A stretch of 64,000 nucleotides of DNA, from the NCBI RefSeq assembly GCF_044704955.1, contig NC_091982.1, positions 68,138,001-68,202,000 on the forward strand. Direction: 5' to 3'. The translations under genes and the position numbers were made by a program. Origin of the DNA: Pristiophorus japonicus (lineage: Eukaryota). This document shows, in pieces, positions 1-11,297 of the stretch (position 1 is the first letter of the stretch; the number at the start of each line of letters is the position of its first letter). The notes beneath the pieces are model-generated. The model searched no databases. It worked only from the letters and a program-made list of their open reading frames with translations, and was not told the origin of the DNA.

Positions 1-695
1 GGAATGTCCAGGGCACAGGTTCACTATGGGACATGGTTACTATAGGGGTCCGGCAAAAATTTGCCTCTGCCGTTGATTGGGAAGGGGAGGTAAAACCTTG
101 GAATACTATGGCGGAGGGTGCGATACAGTTGCGCAACATGGCAATACAGGGAGGATTATATCACCAATCATATGGGGGGTCAGATCAGGAGCTCTTTACG
201 GCAGGAATGGGGAGCAGGCTGATGAAGAGTGGCCCTCCTATGATGAGGGGTGCGCTACTCGCATTATTGGGACCAGTCCAAGGACAGCGGGTGGGGCATG
301 CTTGCCTATTGTTAGGACAGTTAGAGGATGCAGAAGATAGTGTGCGAGAGTCGAGAACGGCTAATGCAGAGGGGGATCGGGACCAGCGACAAGGTTCGAC
401 CTCAGGGAAAGGTACAGGGTCAGGAAAGACAAAAAAAAGAATTACGCGGAGGGACATGTTCGCAGCTTTACTGAAGGCAGGGGTCCCCAAGGAAAAAATT
501 GATGGAATCACAACAGGAGCGATGTATTCTATATGGAAGCAACACTGCCTCCCGGGAACAGGGAAAGGTGAAAGGAGGGAGGTAAGGGAAACTAAGTCGG
601 ATAGCGATAAGTCTGCAGATGTGGAGAAACCACCTCCCGCTAGCCTATACCCCAATGTAGAAGAGCTGTGGAAGGCTAGTAATCCCCTCGACTAA
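1..695 (+). pseudogene. gag: ERV gag, C-terminal part
   Basis: ORF open to TAA at 693-695, directly upstream of and in frame with protease; TRRDMFAALLKAGVPKEKIDG resembles class III gag. Confidence 0.75.
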
Positions 696-3600
696 GGGTG
701 TGGCCTGGATCCGGGAGTACTCCCCATTAGAACCACATCAACCCAAGCTCCCGGGGACCTGAGGCCACACATTCCGATTACGATACATTGGTGGGGGGAG
801 GGGAACATACAAAGAGATGTTGCTTTACTAGACACAGGGGCAAAAGTTACTATTGTCCATGGAAATCCTAGGAAACACACAGGGACCCGTTTGATGATTA
901 ATGGGTTCAGAGGGGCAGAAACGCCCGCTGTAAGAAAAACAATCAGAATGACGTTGGGAAATGGGCCTCCGCGCTGGGTAATGGTCTTAATATCGGCAGT
1001 AAAGGAACATATTATTGGGATGGACCTTTTAAAGGGAACCACACACAACACCTCGTTCGGGCAATTCTTGTTTGGGATACGGGCGATCACTGTGATTGCA
1101 GGAGAAGCAAAGTGGGAACCAGTGGTAATACCACGGCCATCACGTATAGTGACTATAAAACAGTACCGAATACCTGGGGGACACAAAGAAAGACGGGAAA
1201 CCATACAAGGGCTCTTGGAGGCGGGTATCATTAGACATGCAGTGTGCCCCTACAATAGCCCTGTTTGGCCTGTGCAGAAACCCGACAAAAGTTGGAGGAT
1301 GACTGTGGACTACCGACAACTGAACAAATTTGCCCCTCCCCTGGCAACCGCTGTCCCAGATGTAGTAACTATAACAGAGCGGCTGTCTGAAGAAGGTGCA
1401 GAGTGGTGTGCAGTAATCGACCTGGCCAATGCCTTTTTCTCCATTCCAATAGCGGAAGAATCCCAGGACCAGTTTGCATTCACTTGGGAAGGGAGGCAAT
1501 ACACATTTAAACACCTACCTCAAGGTTACCTACATAGCCCTACCCTATGTCACAGATTGCTGGCCTGGGACCTGGACATGTGCACGTTGGCTCCTAATGT
1601 CTCACTGGCACACTACATCGATGATGTACTAATAAGGGGTCCCACCGAGGCAGTGGTATCAGAAGCCCTAGCTACTTTAGTCCAACACATGCGAGACAGG
1701 GGCTGGGAGATAAATCCGAAGAAGGTGCAGGGCCCTAGCCAGGCTGTCAAGTTTCTGGGAATCCAATGGTCTTGGGGTGAGCGCATCATAACCGAGCCTG
1801 TGAAGAATAAAATTCAAGAAATGGCCACCCCCACGAATAAAACTGAGACACAACGGTTTGTGGGACTACTGGTTTACTGGAGGAGTCACATACCTCACCT
1901 CACGATGTTATTAAAACTGCTGTATGCCGTAACACAAAAAAAGGCCCACTTCAAGTGGGGAAAGGAACAGCAGGTGGCTTTTGATGCAGCCAAAGTAGCC
2001 GTAGCTCAAGCTTTATCCCTAGCCCCGCGAGTGCCTGGGCAGCCTTTTGAGCTACAGGTATCCGTTACCAATGAGTATGGAGTTTGTGGCAGGTTCAACA
2101 TTGCACTCGTATACCGTTAGGGTTCTGGTCTAGAAAATTGACTGATGCTGCTAGTCGTTACACTCCATTTGAGAAACAATTATTAGCATGTTATTGGGCC
2201 CTAACAGAAACAAAAGGACAAGGGACGACAAAGTCAGTTTAAGACCAGACCTACCCATATTATCCTGGGTTCTTTCAGAAAATGAGACACACAAGGTCGG
2301 GTGAGCGCAGCTCCATAGTGCGCTGGAAATGGTGTATCGCAGACAGAGCAAGTAAAGGAAAGGAAGGAATCAGCCGACTACATGAACATGTGGCTGAATA
2401 CCCACAAACAGCTGAGAGTGAACTTACGCAGTGTCAGTTTAACCAAAGAGTCACCGATCTCTTCGGGCGTGTCTTTTGAACAGTTAACACCTGAAGAACG
2501 TAGCCATGCCTGGTCCACAGATGGCTCAGCGTTCTGGCGAAACAGCCTTCGGCGATGGCGAGCCGTTGCCTTCAATCCAAAAACCCAGACAATTGTGCAT
2601 GATGAGGGCATGGGAGGCTCCAGCCAGCTAGCAGAACTAGCAGCTGTAGTCCTTGTGTTAGAAGAGGAACAGCAACAAGTACACATATATACTGACTCAT
2701 GAGCAGTAGCCAATGGCATGGCGAGCTGGATGCGAAACTGGCATGAACATAACTGGCAAATAACTGAGAAAGACTTGTGAGGAAAGCACCTATGGGAACA
2801 AATATGGTCCAAAGCCCAGAAGATGAAAATAACTGTATATCATGTAGACGCTCACATGAAAAACACTTCAAAGACCTCTGAACATAATAACACCGTTGAT
2901 AATATAGCCCAGGTATGGGCTGTCAAATAGGCAGAAGAGGCAGCATATGGCATAGGCAAGTGGTCCCACCACAAATCTGGACATTTGGGTATTCAGGGTA
3001 CGATACAATGGGCAGGAAATAGGGGGTTACATTTGACTACGGACGGTGTTAAACAGATCATAAACACTTGTGAAATTTGTCAAAAGGTGAAACATTTTCC
3101 CCTATAACGACAATCCGGTGCCCATATTAAGAGAGGGGCTCAACCAGCTCAAATCTGGCAAGTTGATTATGTAGGACCTTTACCATTGCAACAAAGGTTC
3201 CAATATTTGCTCACTGCTGTTGATACCTATTCTGGACTTTTGATAGCTTATTCAGTAACTAAAGCGAATCAACAAAGTACAATTAAAGGACTGGAGAATT
3301 TAATCACATACTACGGTGAGCCAGCAGAAGTATAGTCCGATAATAGGTCGCACTTCACAGGTCAAACAGTGCAACAGTGGGCAGTAGACAATGGGATCTA
3401 TTGGATGTTTCACATACCTTACTATCCGCAAGCTGCAGGATTAATAAAACGCATGCATGGACTACTTAAGCAACAGATTAAAATATTGACTCCCACTAAC
3501 ACATTGCAAGGGTGGTTAAAGGTCTTACCACAAGCAGTGCGCAATCTGAAACACCGACCATTGCGGGTGGGAACTCCCATAAGCCACATGTTAGGCTAAG

Positions 3601-3803
3601 TTAGTGTCCCTACTATTGAAAAAGAAAATCAGACTCAGGACACAGTTTGTGAAGGAGGAAAAGTGTGGGTGCAGTACCCCCAGAAACCCTTACAAGCAGG
3701 GGAAATCTTAGCGAAAGGAGAAGGAAACACTTATTGGGTGCTCCTGACTGGTCAAGATATTCCTCTCTGTGTTGACAAGGGTTAATTGACTAAACGGGGC
3801 TGA
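696..3803 (+). pseudogene. pol: ERV pro-pol (protease, RT, RNase H, integrase), disrupted by frameshifts and stops
   Basis: DLRPHIPITIHW...LLDTGA then RT ORF 891-2120 with YIDD; frameshifts near 2090-2400; in-frame stops near 2700 and 2778; integrase core WQVD...SDN...HIPYYPQAAG with catalytic E changed to K (LIKRMHG). Confidence 0.92.
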
Positions 3804-3837
3804 ATTATGCTTCCTCCCACGGAAATTCTGCTCAAAA

Positions 3838-5168
3838 TGGCGACTTACCAACTCGTGCTGGCAAGCCTCTGTGTCTCGTTATCTCTGACTGTGCTACTCC
3901 CATCCTCAAACACAGCATGGGATGGCCGTATAGGGTGGCGGTTAGCTAACACTGATCGTACGCAAGACAATTTTACCTGTCCTTCCGGGCAAGCCTGCAC
4001 TATAGGACACGGGAGCGTCACTTGTGACACATGCGGGTACTGGGGAGGCCCAGGACAGGTGCTATTAACCGTGAGCATGGGGGCCAACATCACGTTATCA
4101 ATCAAGTGGCAAAAAGATATGACAATGATATGCAATGTGCACGCCAATGTGTCGTGATTGCACAACGTCACATGGTTAAGGAGTTGGGCCCTCAACATTA
4201 CGTCAAGCAATGACACTATGTCAGGTGAAATTAAGTTAAATGCGTCTCTATGGTATGGATGCACAAATGCCTCCGTAATCACTGGTAGGGGGATTATGGG
4301 CCACTTTTGGTCAATGCGTGTAGTTAAGCATTCTAAGAGCCCCATGGATCATTTGCAACGGCTACACTCTACATGTACACCTGTGCCTACATCCCCACCC
4401 ATATTAAATCTCACACTACAAGTCCGGTATGTGGACAAGCCGTCTGACACTTGTAATATAACAACAATTAAAGCAAATCTGAAAACGTCAGTGAGACAAA
4501 GGTGTGATAGAACTCACCAAGTTCAAGATTGTCAAATATGGCCTTTCGGTATGGTGTGTCCTTTGCACACACCTCTGTTTGAACCATGCTCCCTACAGCA
4601 TACAGTGGTAACATGTATTTGGACACTTGTACCATACAATGATACAATTTTACATGAAATTGGACAGAATCATGTTTGTATTACTAGTGTCTATCCCATT
4701 TATCTTGACGGCGCCCGTAAAGATCCTCCTCTAAATGCTTGCTTTAAAGATGTGTATACCATATATGACCTTCATTCTAATAGGTCATATCGATTGGGAC
4801 GATGGAAAAATGTTGTGCGCCATTGCACCATCCTAGGCATTACTAACCTTCCTCCCATTGTAGACCTAACTCGTTTAGCTCAATTTCTAAAAGATAACCA
4901 AAAGGTCACTGACGAATTGAGCAAACGAGGGCGTACTCTTCATACTCTGCAAGTTGCTATGAGTTACAGTGAAGGTGCCTTGGTCACAGTTGCAACAACG
5001 ATCACCATTGGTGGGACATCTTTTACGGATGGTCCCCAAAAACATCCACCGCTTTGAAGCTGTTAATTACTGCTCGTATGTATTCTTTGGTGTAGATTGC
5101 AGGTGTTGCTTGCGCATACTCAATGTGTAACTGATGCATTACGCCTTCAACGCGATTATATTACTTAG
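3838..5168 (+). pseudogene. env: ERV env-like glycoprotein gene, disrupted
   Basis: Signal-peptide-like MATYQLVLASLCVSLSLTVLL; about 12 N-X-S/T sequons; Cys-rich; in-frame TGA at 4155-4157; heptad-like segment; frameshifted HHWWDIFYGWSP at about 5003-5038 and hydrophobic LLLVCILW tail ending at TAG 5166-5168; lies between pol and LTR. Confidence 0.8.
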
Positions 5169-5192
5169 AATGTCTAAATATCAAGGGTCGAT

Positions 5193-5721
5193 TGTATTGT
5201 ACAGGGTTAATCACATAGGGTTAATTATGATATTCTGACATTTACAGTGTGTTGGCTTCATGCCTTGTGGAATGTTGTTGATGCAGAGAGAGAGAGAGGG
5301 ACCTTGATGCGCACACCATCTTGTTTATGGGACGATCGGTGCCTCGAGGTCTCATGCTTTGTGGAAGAACAGCTGGGGCCTTACAGATTAGGAGTTGGCC
5401 ATAAGCCACATGCACCCATGTTTGTTCAATAGTATAAAGGAACGGAACTGTCCAGTAGGTCTTTGAACTTCACCTTGGACCGTGATTCGCGAGCAGTGCC
5501 GGGACCTCCAATGCTCCTGACCAGCTATCGTTGCGGAGTTCTCGATGGGCCGAAGGCTGTGAGCTTTGTTGCATCTTATCATACTTCTCTTTTCTTCGTA
5601 AACTGTATTATGTTTCTTTTCTCTCAGTAAACGGTGTTTTATCTTTACTTCATTTGTCTTGTCTCTTATTTAACATTCATCCAGATCCAGAACCTGGGTC
5701 TAATATTATCGATCCAAAACA
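5193..5721 (+). repeat. ERV 3' LTR
   Basis: Starts TGTATTG after a purine-rich AAGGGTCGA; TATAAAG at 5433-5439; AGTAAA polyA-like signal 5626-5631; ends AACA where an RTE LINE sequence resumes. The 5' LTR is not in the window. Confidence 0.72.
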
Positions 5722-6087
5722 GAGCCCCAGGTGGGCAGAGGAAATGCTTCAAGGAAACCCTCAAAGCCTCCTTGCAAAAATGTAACATTCCCACCTACAC
5801 CTCGGAATCCTTGGCCCGAGATCGGCCAAAGTGGAGGAGAAGCTTCCGGGAAGGTGCTGAACACCTCGAGTCTCTTCGTCGGAAGTAATATGAAGTCAAG
5901 TGTCGACAGCGGAAGGAGCGCAAGGCAAACCAGGCTCCCCACCCACCCATTTCGTCAACCACCGTCTGCCCCACCTGTGACAGAGACTGTAGGACCCATA
6001 TCGGACTCTTCAGTCACCTGAGAACTCACTTTTAATGTGGAAACAAGTCATCCTCGACACCGAGGGACTGTCTATGATGATGATGAT
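5722..6087 (+). mobile_element. RTE-clade LINE 3' end (apparent target of the ERV insertion)
   Basis: APGGQRK.FK.TLKASL, C-terminal CPTC...HLRTH zinc finger, (ATG)n tail; similar to 7010-7352. Confidence 0.8.
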
Positions 6088-6242
6088 GGTGTCAGTGTAT
6101 CTGTGTCAGTGTATGTGTGTGTGTGTGTCAGTGCGTGCATGTCAGTGTGTTTGTGTCAGTGTGTCTGCATGTGCCTCTGTAAGTCAGTGGGTGTGTGTCA
6201 GTCTGTGAGTTAGTGGGTGTGTGTCAGTCTGTGAGTCTGTGT
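6088..6242. repeat. (TG)nTCAG low-complexity satellite block
   Basis: Degenerate TGTGTCAG units. Confidence 0.85.
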
Positions 6243-7352
6243 AGGCATGCGGGACAGAGATTGTTCGAGGCTGGAGTAAAATCCCTCTTTGGCCTCATCT
6301 GTTGCATCGAGTGTTGGGGCGTACACACTGATTCTGGGATAGGGTGAGTCGGAGAGTCATGAGACATTCGCTAATCCTGCCGGGGGCGTCTTTGAGGCGG
6401 TCGACCAGCTCGTTCTTAATGGCTCAACATCTTCACCAAGACGTACGAAAGCAGGGGCCTTACACTGAACAGCCGTATGACAAAAGTCCTTCATCAACCT
6501 GCTCCTGCCACACAGCACTGCCCCCCAGTCATCAAGATCCATGGCGCGGCCCTGGACAACTTGGACCACTTTCCCATACCTTGGGAGCCTATTATCAGCA
6601 AGGGCAGACATCGGCGACGAGGTTCAACACCGCCTCCAGTGCGCCAGCGCAGCCTTCGGTCACCTGAGGAAGAGAATGTTCGAAGACCAGGACCTCAAAA
6701 CTGGCACCAAGCTTATGGTCTACAGGGCTGTAGTGATACCCGCCCTCCTGTATGGCTCAGAGACGTGGACCATATACAGTAGACACCTCAAATCGCTGGA
6801 GAAATACCACCAACGATGTCCCCACAAGATCCTGCAAATCCCCTGGGAGGTCAGACGCACCAATGTTAGCATCCTCGATCAGACCAACATCCCCAGCATT
6901 GAAACACTGATCACACTCGACCAGCTCTGTTGGGCGGGCCACATTCTTCGCATGCCTGACACAAGACTCCCAAAGCAAGCGCTCTACTCAGAACTCCTAT
7001 ACGGCAAGCGAGCCCCAGATGGGCAGAGGAAACGTTTCAAGGACACCCTCAAAGCCTCCCTGATAAAGTGCAACATCCCCACCAGCACCTGGGAGTCCCT
7101 GGCTAAAGACTGCTCTAAGTAGAGGAAGTGCATCTGGGGGGGCGCTGAGCACCTCGAGTCTCGTCGCCGAGAGCATGCAGATAACAAGTGCAGGCAGTGG
7201 AAGGAGCGTGCAGCAAACCAGACTCCCCACCCACCCTTTCCTTCAACCACTGTCTGCCCCACATGTATTGGACTGTTCAGTCACCTGAGAACTCACCGTT
7301 AGAGTGGAAGCAAGTCTTCTTTGATTTTGAGGGACTGCCTATGATGATGATG
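6243..7352 (+). mobile_element. RTE-clade LINE with inverted 5' segment
   Basis: 6243-6423 encodes an AP-endonuclease piece (YAPTLDATDEAKEGFYSSLEQ) on minus; about 6424-7352 encodes RT C-terminus (FPYLGS, ALLYGSETW, WAGH) on plus, with (ATG)n tail. Confidence 0.85.
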
Positions 7353-7828
7353 AGTCAGTGTGTATGTGTGTGTGTGTCAGTGTGCGTGTCAGTGTGTGTG
7401 TGTCAGTGTTTGTGTGTCAGTGTGTGCGTGTGTCAGTGTGTGTGTCAGTGCGTGTGTGTGTCACTGTGTGTGTGTGTGTGTCAGTGTGTGTGTGTGTCTC
7501 AGCGTGCGTGTGTNNNNNNNNNNNNNNNNNNNNNNNNNNNNNNNNNNNNNNNNNNNNNNNNNNNNNNNNNNNNNNNNNNNNNNNNNNNNNNNNNNNNNNN
7601 NNNNNNNNNNNNNNNNNNNNNNNNNNNNNNNNNNNNNNNNNNNNNNNNNNNNNNNNNNNNNNNNNNNNNNNNNNNNNNNNTGTCAATGACTCTGAGTCAG
7701 TGTGTCAGTGTGCATGTGTGCGTATGTGTGTATAAGGCAGTGTGCGTGTGTCAGTGTGTATGAGTCACTGTGTGTGTGTCAATGACTCTGTGAATCATTG
7801 TGTGTATCAGTGTGTGTGTAGTGTCAAT
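7353..7828. repeat. (TG)nTCAG satellite with N gap
   Basis: Direct reading. Confidence 0.9.
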
Positions 7829-8250
7829 GGACTAGACTTTCCATTATTGTGCAGAGCGCCCAAAAATGGGCGTTATTTCCAGCATTGGCATTTATTTTAG
7901 GTCTTGAGATTGCCGGATTATCGCCCATTTTCAAAACCCCAACTTTCCATTTTATAAAATGGGCGTCAGTGGTAATTTTTTGTCCTTCTGCCGTAAACTG
8001 TTGGCGTCCATGGCAACACCATGGCAATGGTCGTTTCCCGCGTTTCAGGAGGTCAGGGGTCATCAATATATGCGCAGAAGAAGAGAGAGAGAGAGAGAGA
8101 GCAGAGAGGAACTGAAAGCGTGTGTGGGTTTGTTTTCTGGTAGTTTGGCTGTTGTGGGAGGTAGGAGAGATATTTTGGAGCAGTAAGAAGAATTGAGAGC
8201 ACAAGTTACTTTGTTTACACTGAGATTTTGGGGAAAAAAATATTATTTAC

Positions 8251-10190
8251 ATGGAAAGCATGGAGGAGGCGAGACAGCACGATGTAGAGGGGGAGGAGGC
8301 TGGCAAGAGCAGTGAAGTAGGAGAGGAACTCGAAGTGGGAGGACAAAAACGATCTCGGAGATTCTCCAACGAGGCAAATGCCTCCCTCATGCAGGAGGTG
8401 GAGTCACGCTGGAGTCAATTGACCCGGGGAGGGCGTGGGAAGCCCACCCCAAAGGTTTACCAGAAAATTTGAGCTGACATAGCCGAGGTGGTCTCGTCGG
8501 TGACGCACGAGGTACGTGAGGGCAAGCAGTGCCGCAGGCGCTGGAACGACCTTGTCAGCTCCAACAGAGTAAGTATAACATTTATTTACTGTTACTTATA
8601 TATTTATGTAATTGTAAGTGTAATGAGTGAATAAATTCAGATCTGATGTATTGCACTTAGACCAGGAATGTTTTACTCAAAGCCTACGTTTACAGTGTAC
8701 ATCTTTAGGTTAATAATGATGTTATTCCATCTGTCGGTTATGTGTTGTATCAGTTTCTGTTACAGTACCTAGCAATGTTCTTACAAAATGATTTCATGCC
8801 ATGTCGTGCTGGTGTTACCTTTTACAGAAGAAGCTTTCGAAGAATAGGTCCGAGCAGAGGCAAACGGGTGGGGGGCCACCAGTCATCATCATAGAAACAG
8901 AGAAACATAGAAAATAGGTGCAGGAGTAGGCCATTCGGCCCTTCTAGCCTGCATCGCCATTCAATGAGTTCATGGCTGAACTCAAACTCAAGCTCACGGA
9001 CATCGAGGAACGAGTGCTGGCACTTGTGAGGAGCCACCCCCGGTCGGCCACGCAAGCAGCAGCAAAACCTGATGTGATGCCACGTGAGTAAAGTATACAC
9101 AATTGTGTGATGTAATGTCAATAGATGCCACACCCACTCATAGCCGAACAATATGTGATGGATGATTGATGAAAATGTTATCTAATTAATGATGGGCTCG
9201 TGAAAAGTATTGTGAAGCAGAATTTGGTTATGTTCATTAAATGTGATGTCTGCGATTATTTTGATAGCAGTAGCGCTTTTGTTGTCCGTGTGTGTAACAT
9301 TTGAATCACCCTGTGACCCTAGCACCACCTTCTCCTCTAATTACCTCATTCATGTTTTGTAGCTCAGCCAGCAGCGCGGCCTCAGGCAACACCACCGAGC
9401 CGAGGTGTGGATCCGGAGGTGGCCTCGGAGGGGGATCATGCTTCTGGTGATGAGGAGCCCCAAATCTCGCCCATGGAGCTGCAGGGTTCCTTCTCCACTG
9501 ATGACAGTGCGGAGTTTGAGGAGCCTGCAGCGACAAGCTGCATCATCTATACAACCCCGATGACATTTAGTGCTCCTGCAGCTATGCCCTCCTCCACCGT
9601 GGAGGTAGCGGGCCCAAGCACTTTGCCGCAGGGCACCCCAAGTGTCTCCATGCTGGCACCAAACCCATGGAGGTTGGTTCGACGCAGCAGGACTGTTCCA
9701 TGAGCGGCAGACGTAAGCGGGGACATGGTTAGTTTGTTCAGGTGGAGTGTTGAAATAGGTCATCAGATCCTCCAGTCAATGGGGGGCATATCTGGCCACC
9801 GTATCCGCCACCATGAGGGAGCATGTGCCGCAGATAGCGGTGGCCCTGGAGGTGAAAGCCAGGAACACTAGTGCCTCAGGGCTACCAGTGTTCCCAGAAT
9901 GCGGCACTGAACCCCAAGGTGCCGCACCCCCAATGCCAACCACACATGTGAGCCAGGAGGAAGATCTTGCTTTTGGTTCGGAAGATGTTCCCTCCTCGGG
10001 ACCGTCCTCTCCAGTATCCGGCCAACCAGCGGATCTGCTATCAACACCCGCCTCCCCCCCCCCCCACCACCAATGAAGCAGCGCCTGTGGAGCATTTCGG
10101 CAAGGTGGCTTGGAGTCGGGAGGGGACGGGGAAGGGGTCGAGGTGAGGGGGAGAAGCAGGGGGGTGGGGGAAAGGAGTCTGAGGTGCATG
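8251..10190 (+). pseudogene. Harbinger Myb/SANT-like DNA-binding protein, 3 exons (8251-8568, 8828-9083, 9363-about 10190)
   Basis: RFSNEANASLMQEV...W(TGA)..IAEVVS...QCRRRWNDL Myb/SANT pattern; GT-AG sites conserved with copies 2 and 3; stop at 8470-8472; CR1 tail inserted in exon 2. Confidence 0.8.
8889..8985 (-). mobile_element. CR1/HE1-type 3' tail fragment inside Myb exon 2
   Basis: CATAGAAACAGAGAAACATAGAAAATAGGTGCAGGAGTAGGCCATTCGGCCC, near identical to 20114, 40065 and 58503. Confidence 0.85.
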
Positions 10191-10449
10191 GCCCAGGAGT
10201 TGTATTGGTCACAGTATTTTGATGTTGTTGTTGTTGCTATTTTGTTGGGATGTTTGGGGGAAGGGGGGAGGGAGTACCTTGTTTTTTACCCTTTGTGTTC
10301 TTTTGAAGTTTTTGGGAGTGTAAACAATGTTATAGATGATTTAAATGTGTTAATTTTGTTGTGGGGTGGGGGTGGGGATGTAGTGTTTTATACAGTTCTC
10401 AGTATGACTTAATACAGATATTAAATTTATTTTATTTTACATAGCATTG

Positions 10450-10633
10450 TTGCGCATTTTCTCAGATAAGACCGCTTCTCACGGTAAGTGCGTCGGGTGT
10501 ACGTTCTCGTATTCCTCCTCAGTCTGCCACCTCTTTGATTGGGCACATAATGCTCTTCAATAAACCTTCTGCCATCTCTAGTCTGCAGCATGTGCGCAGT
10601 CATCGAGACATGCTGAGAAATGACAGGCCCCAT
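10450..10633 (-). pseudogene. Harbinger transposase N-terminal remnant
   Basis: MGPVISQ...MLQTRDGRRFI...YTRRTYREKRSYL aligns with 21151 MGPAISQ...MLQSRDDRRYI...YTPRTYREKQSYL. Confidence 0.75.
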
Positions 10634-11297
10634 TACAATAACTATAGTATTAGACCTATTGTTCACAAACAATAAATTTATGTACTAAAGCAAATAAAAT
10701 AAATTACATTCATCCACATTATGATAAGATGTTTGTTCAGATGTTCAAATCACTTTAGAATAACTCCAGATTACATCAAAACTCCCCAGAAGTTGAAGAA
10801 GCCTTTTTTATGAAAACTCCTCCGATTTACAACATGGCGTCCATACCGTTGGGTTAAATTCAGGTGAGAGCAACTTTTCCTCAGCGTTTGTTTCGGCGAG
10901 CAATATTTTTGCCGATATGTGGGCGAGATGCTGAAAGTAATGCTCGGCAATATTATTCATTATTGCATTAGTTTCCATTTTTCTGATGTTCACGGCAGGA
11001 AAGAATGGGACGGGTGGTATTATTAATTCTCGACATTAAGTAAATGCCAAAAGTAACACTGGGCGATATGTGAGCGATAAATGGGTGTTAGTTCCCATTT
11101 TTTTGCGAAATGGGTGATATCTGGGCGTGATAACATCCATTTTAACGCCGAAATGAGGTAAGTGGGCGGTAGTGATGCAAAACTAATGGAAAGTCTCGCC
11201 CTTTGAGTCAGTGTATGTATGTGTCAGGGTGTTTGTGAATCAATGTGTGTCTGTCAGTGTCTCTGTGTGTCAGTGTGTCTGGGTCAGTGACTCGGTG

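Larger units (their letters stand above)
1..5721 (+). mobile_element. Endogenous retrovirus, class III (ERV-L/ERV-S-like), 5' end outside window: gag(3' part)-pro-pol-env-3'LTR, degenerate
   Basis: Protease LLDTGA; RT motifs QYRIPGG, WRMTVDYRQLN, IDLANAFFSIP, LPQGYLHSP, YIDD; RNase H TDGS/AELAAV/YTDS; integrase HHCC and WQVDYVGP; env-like ORF; LTR TG...CA at 5193-5721. Confidence 0.93.
7829..11201 (+). mobile_element. PIF/Harbinger DNA transposon copy 1 (Myb gene retained, transposase largely deleted)
   Basis: TIRs GGACTAGACTTTCCATTA (7829) and TAATGGAAAGTCTCGCCC (11184-11201), 16/18 match; homologous to 20479-24881 in reverse orientation; TSD not resolvable. Confidence 0.85.

Noticed and set aside
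2695-4160. APOBEC-type hypermutation of the ERV (several TGG-to-TGA stops)
   Set aside because: Too few events to judge without a consensus; ordinary transitions explain them
7188-7763. VC/CV-rich ORFs here and at 13156-13862, 25181-25703, 27989-28486 and 28832-29138
   Set aside because: Translations of TG satellite and N gaps, not proteins
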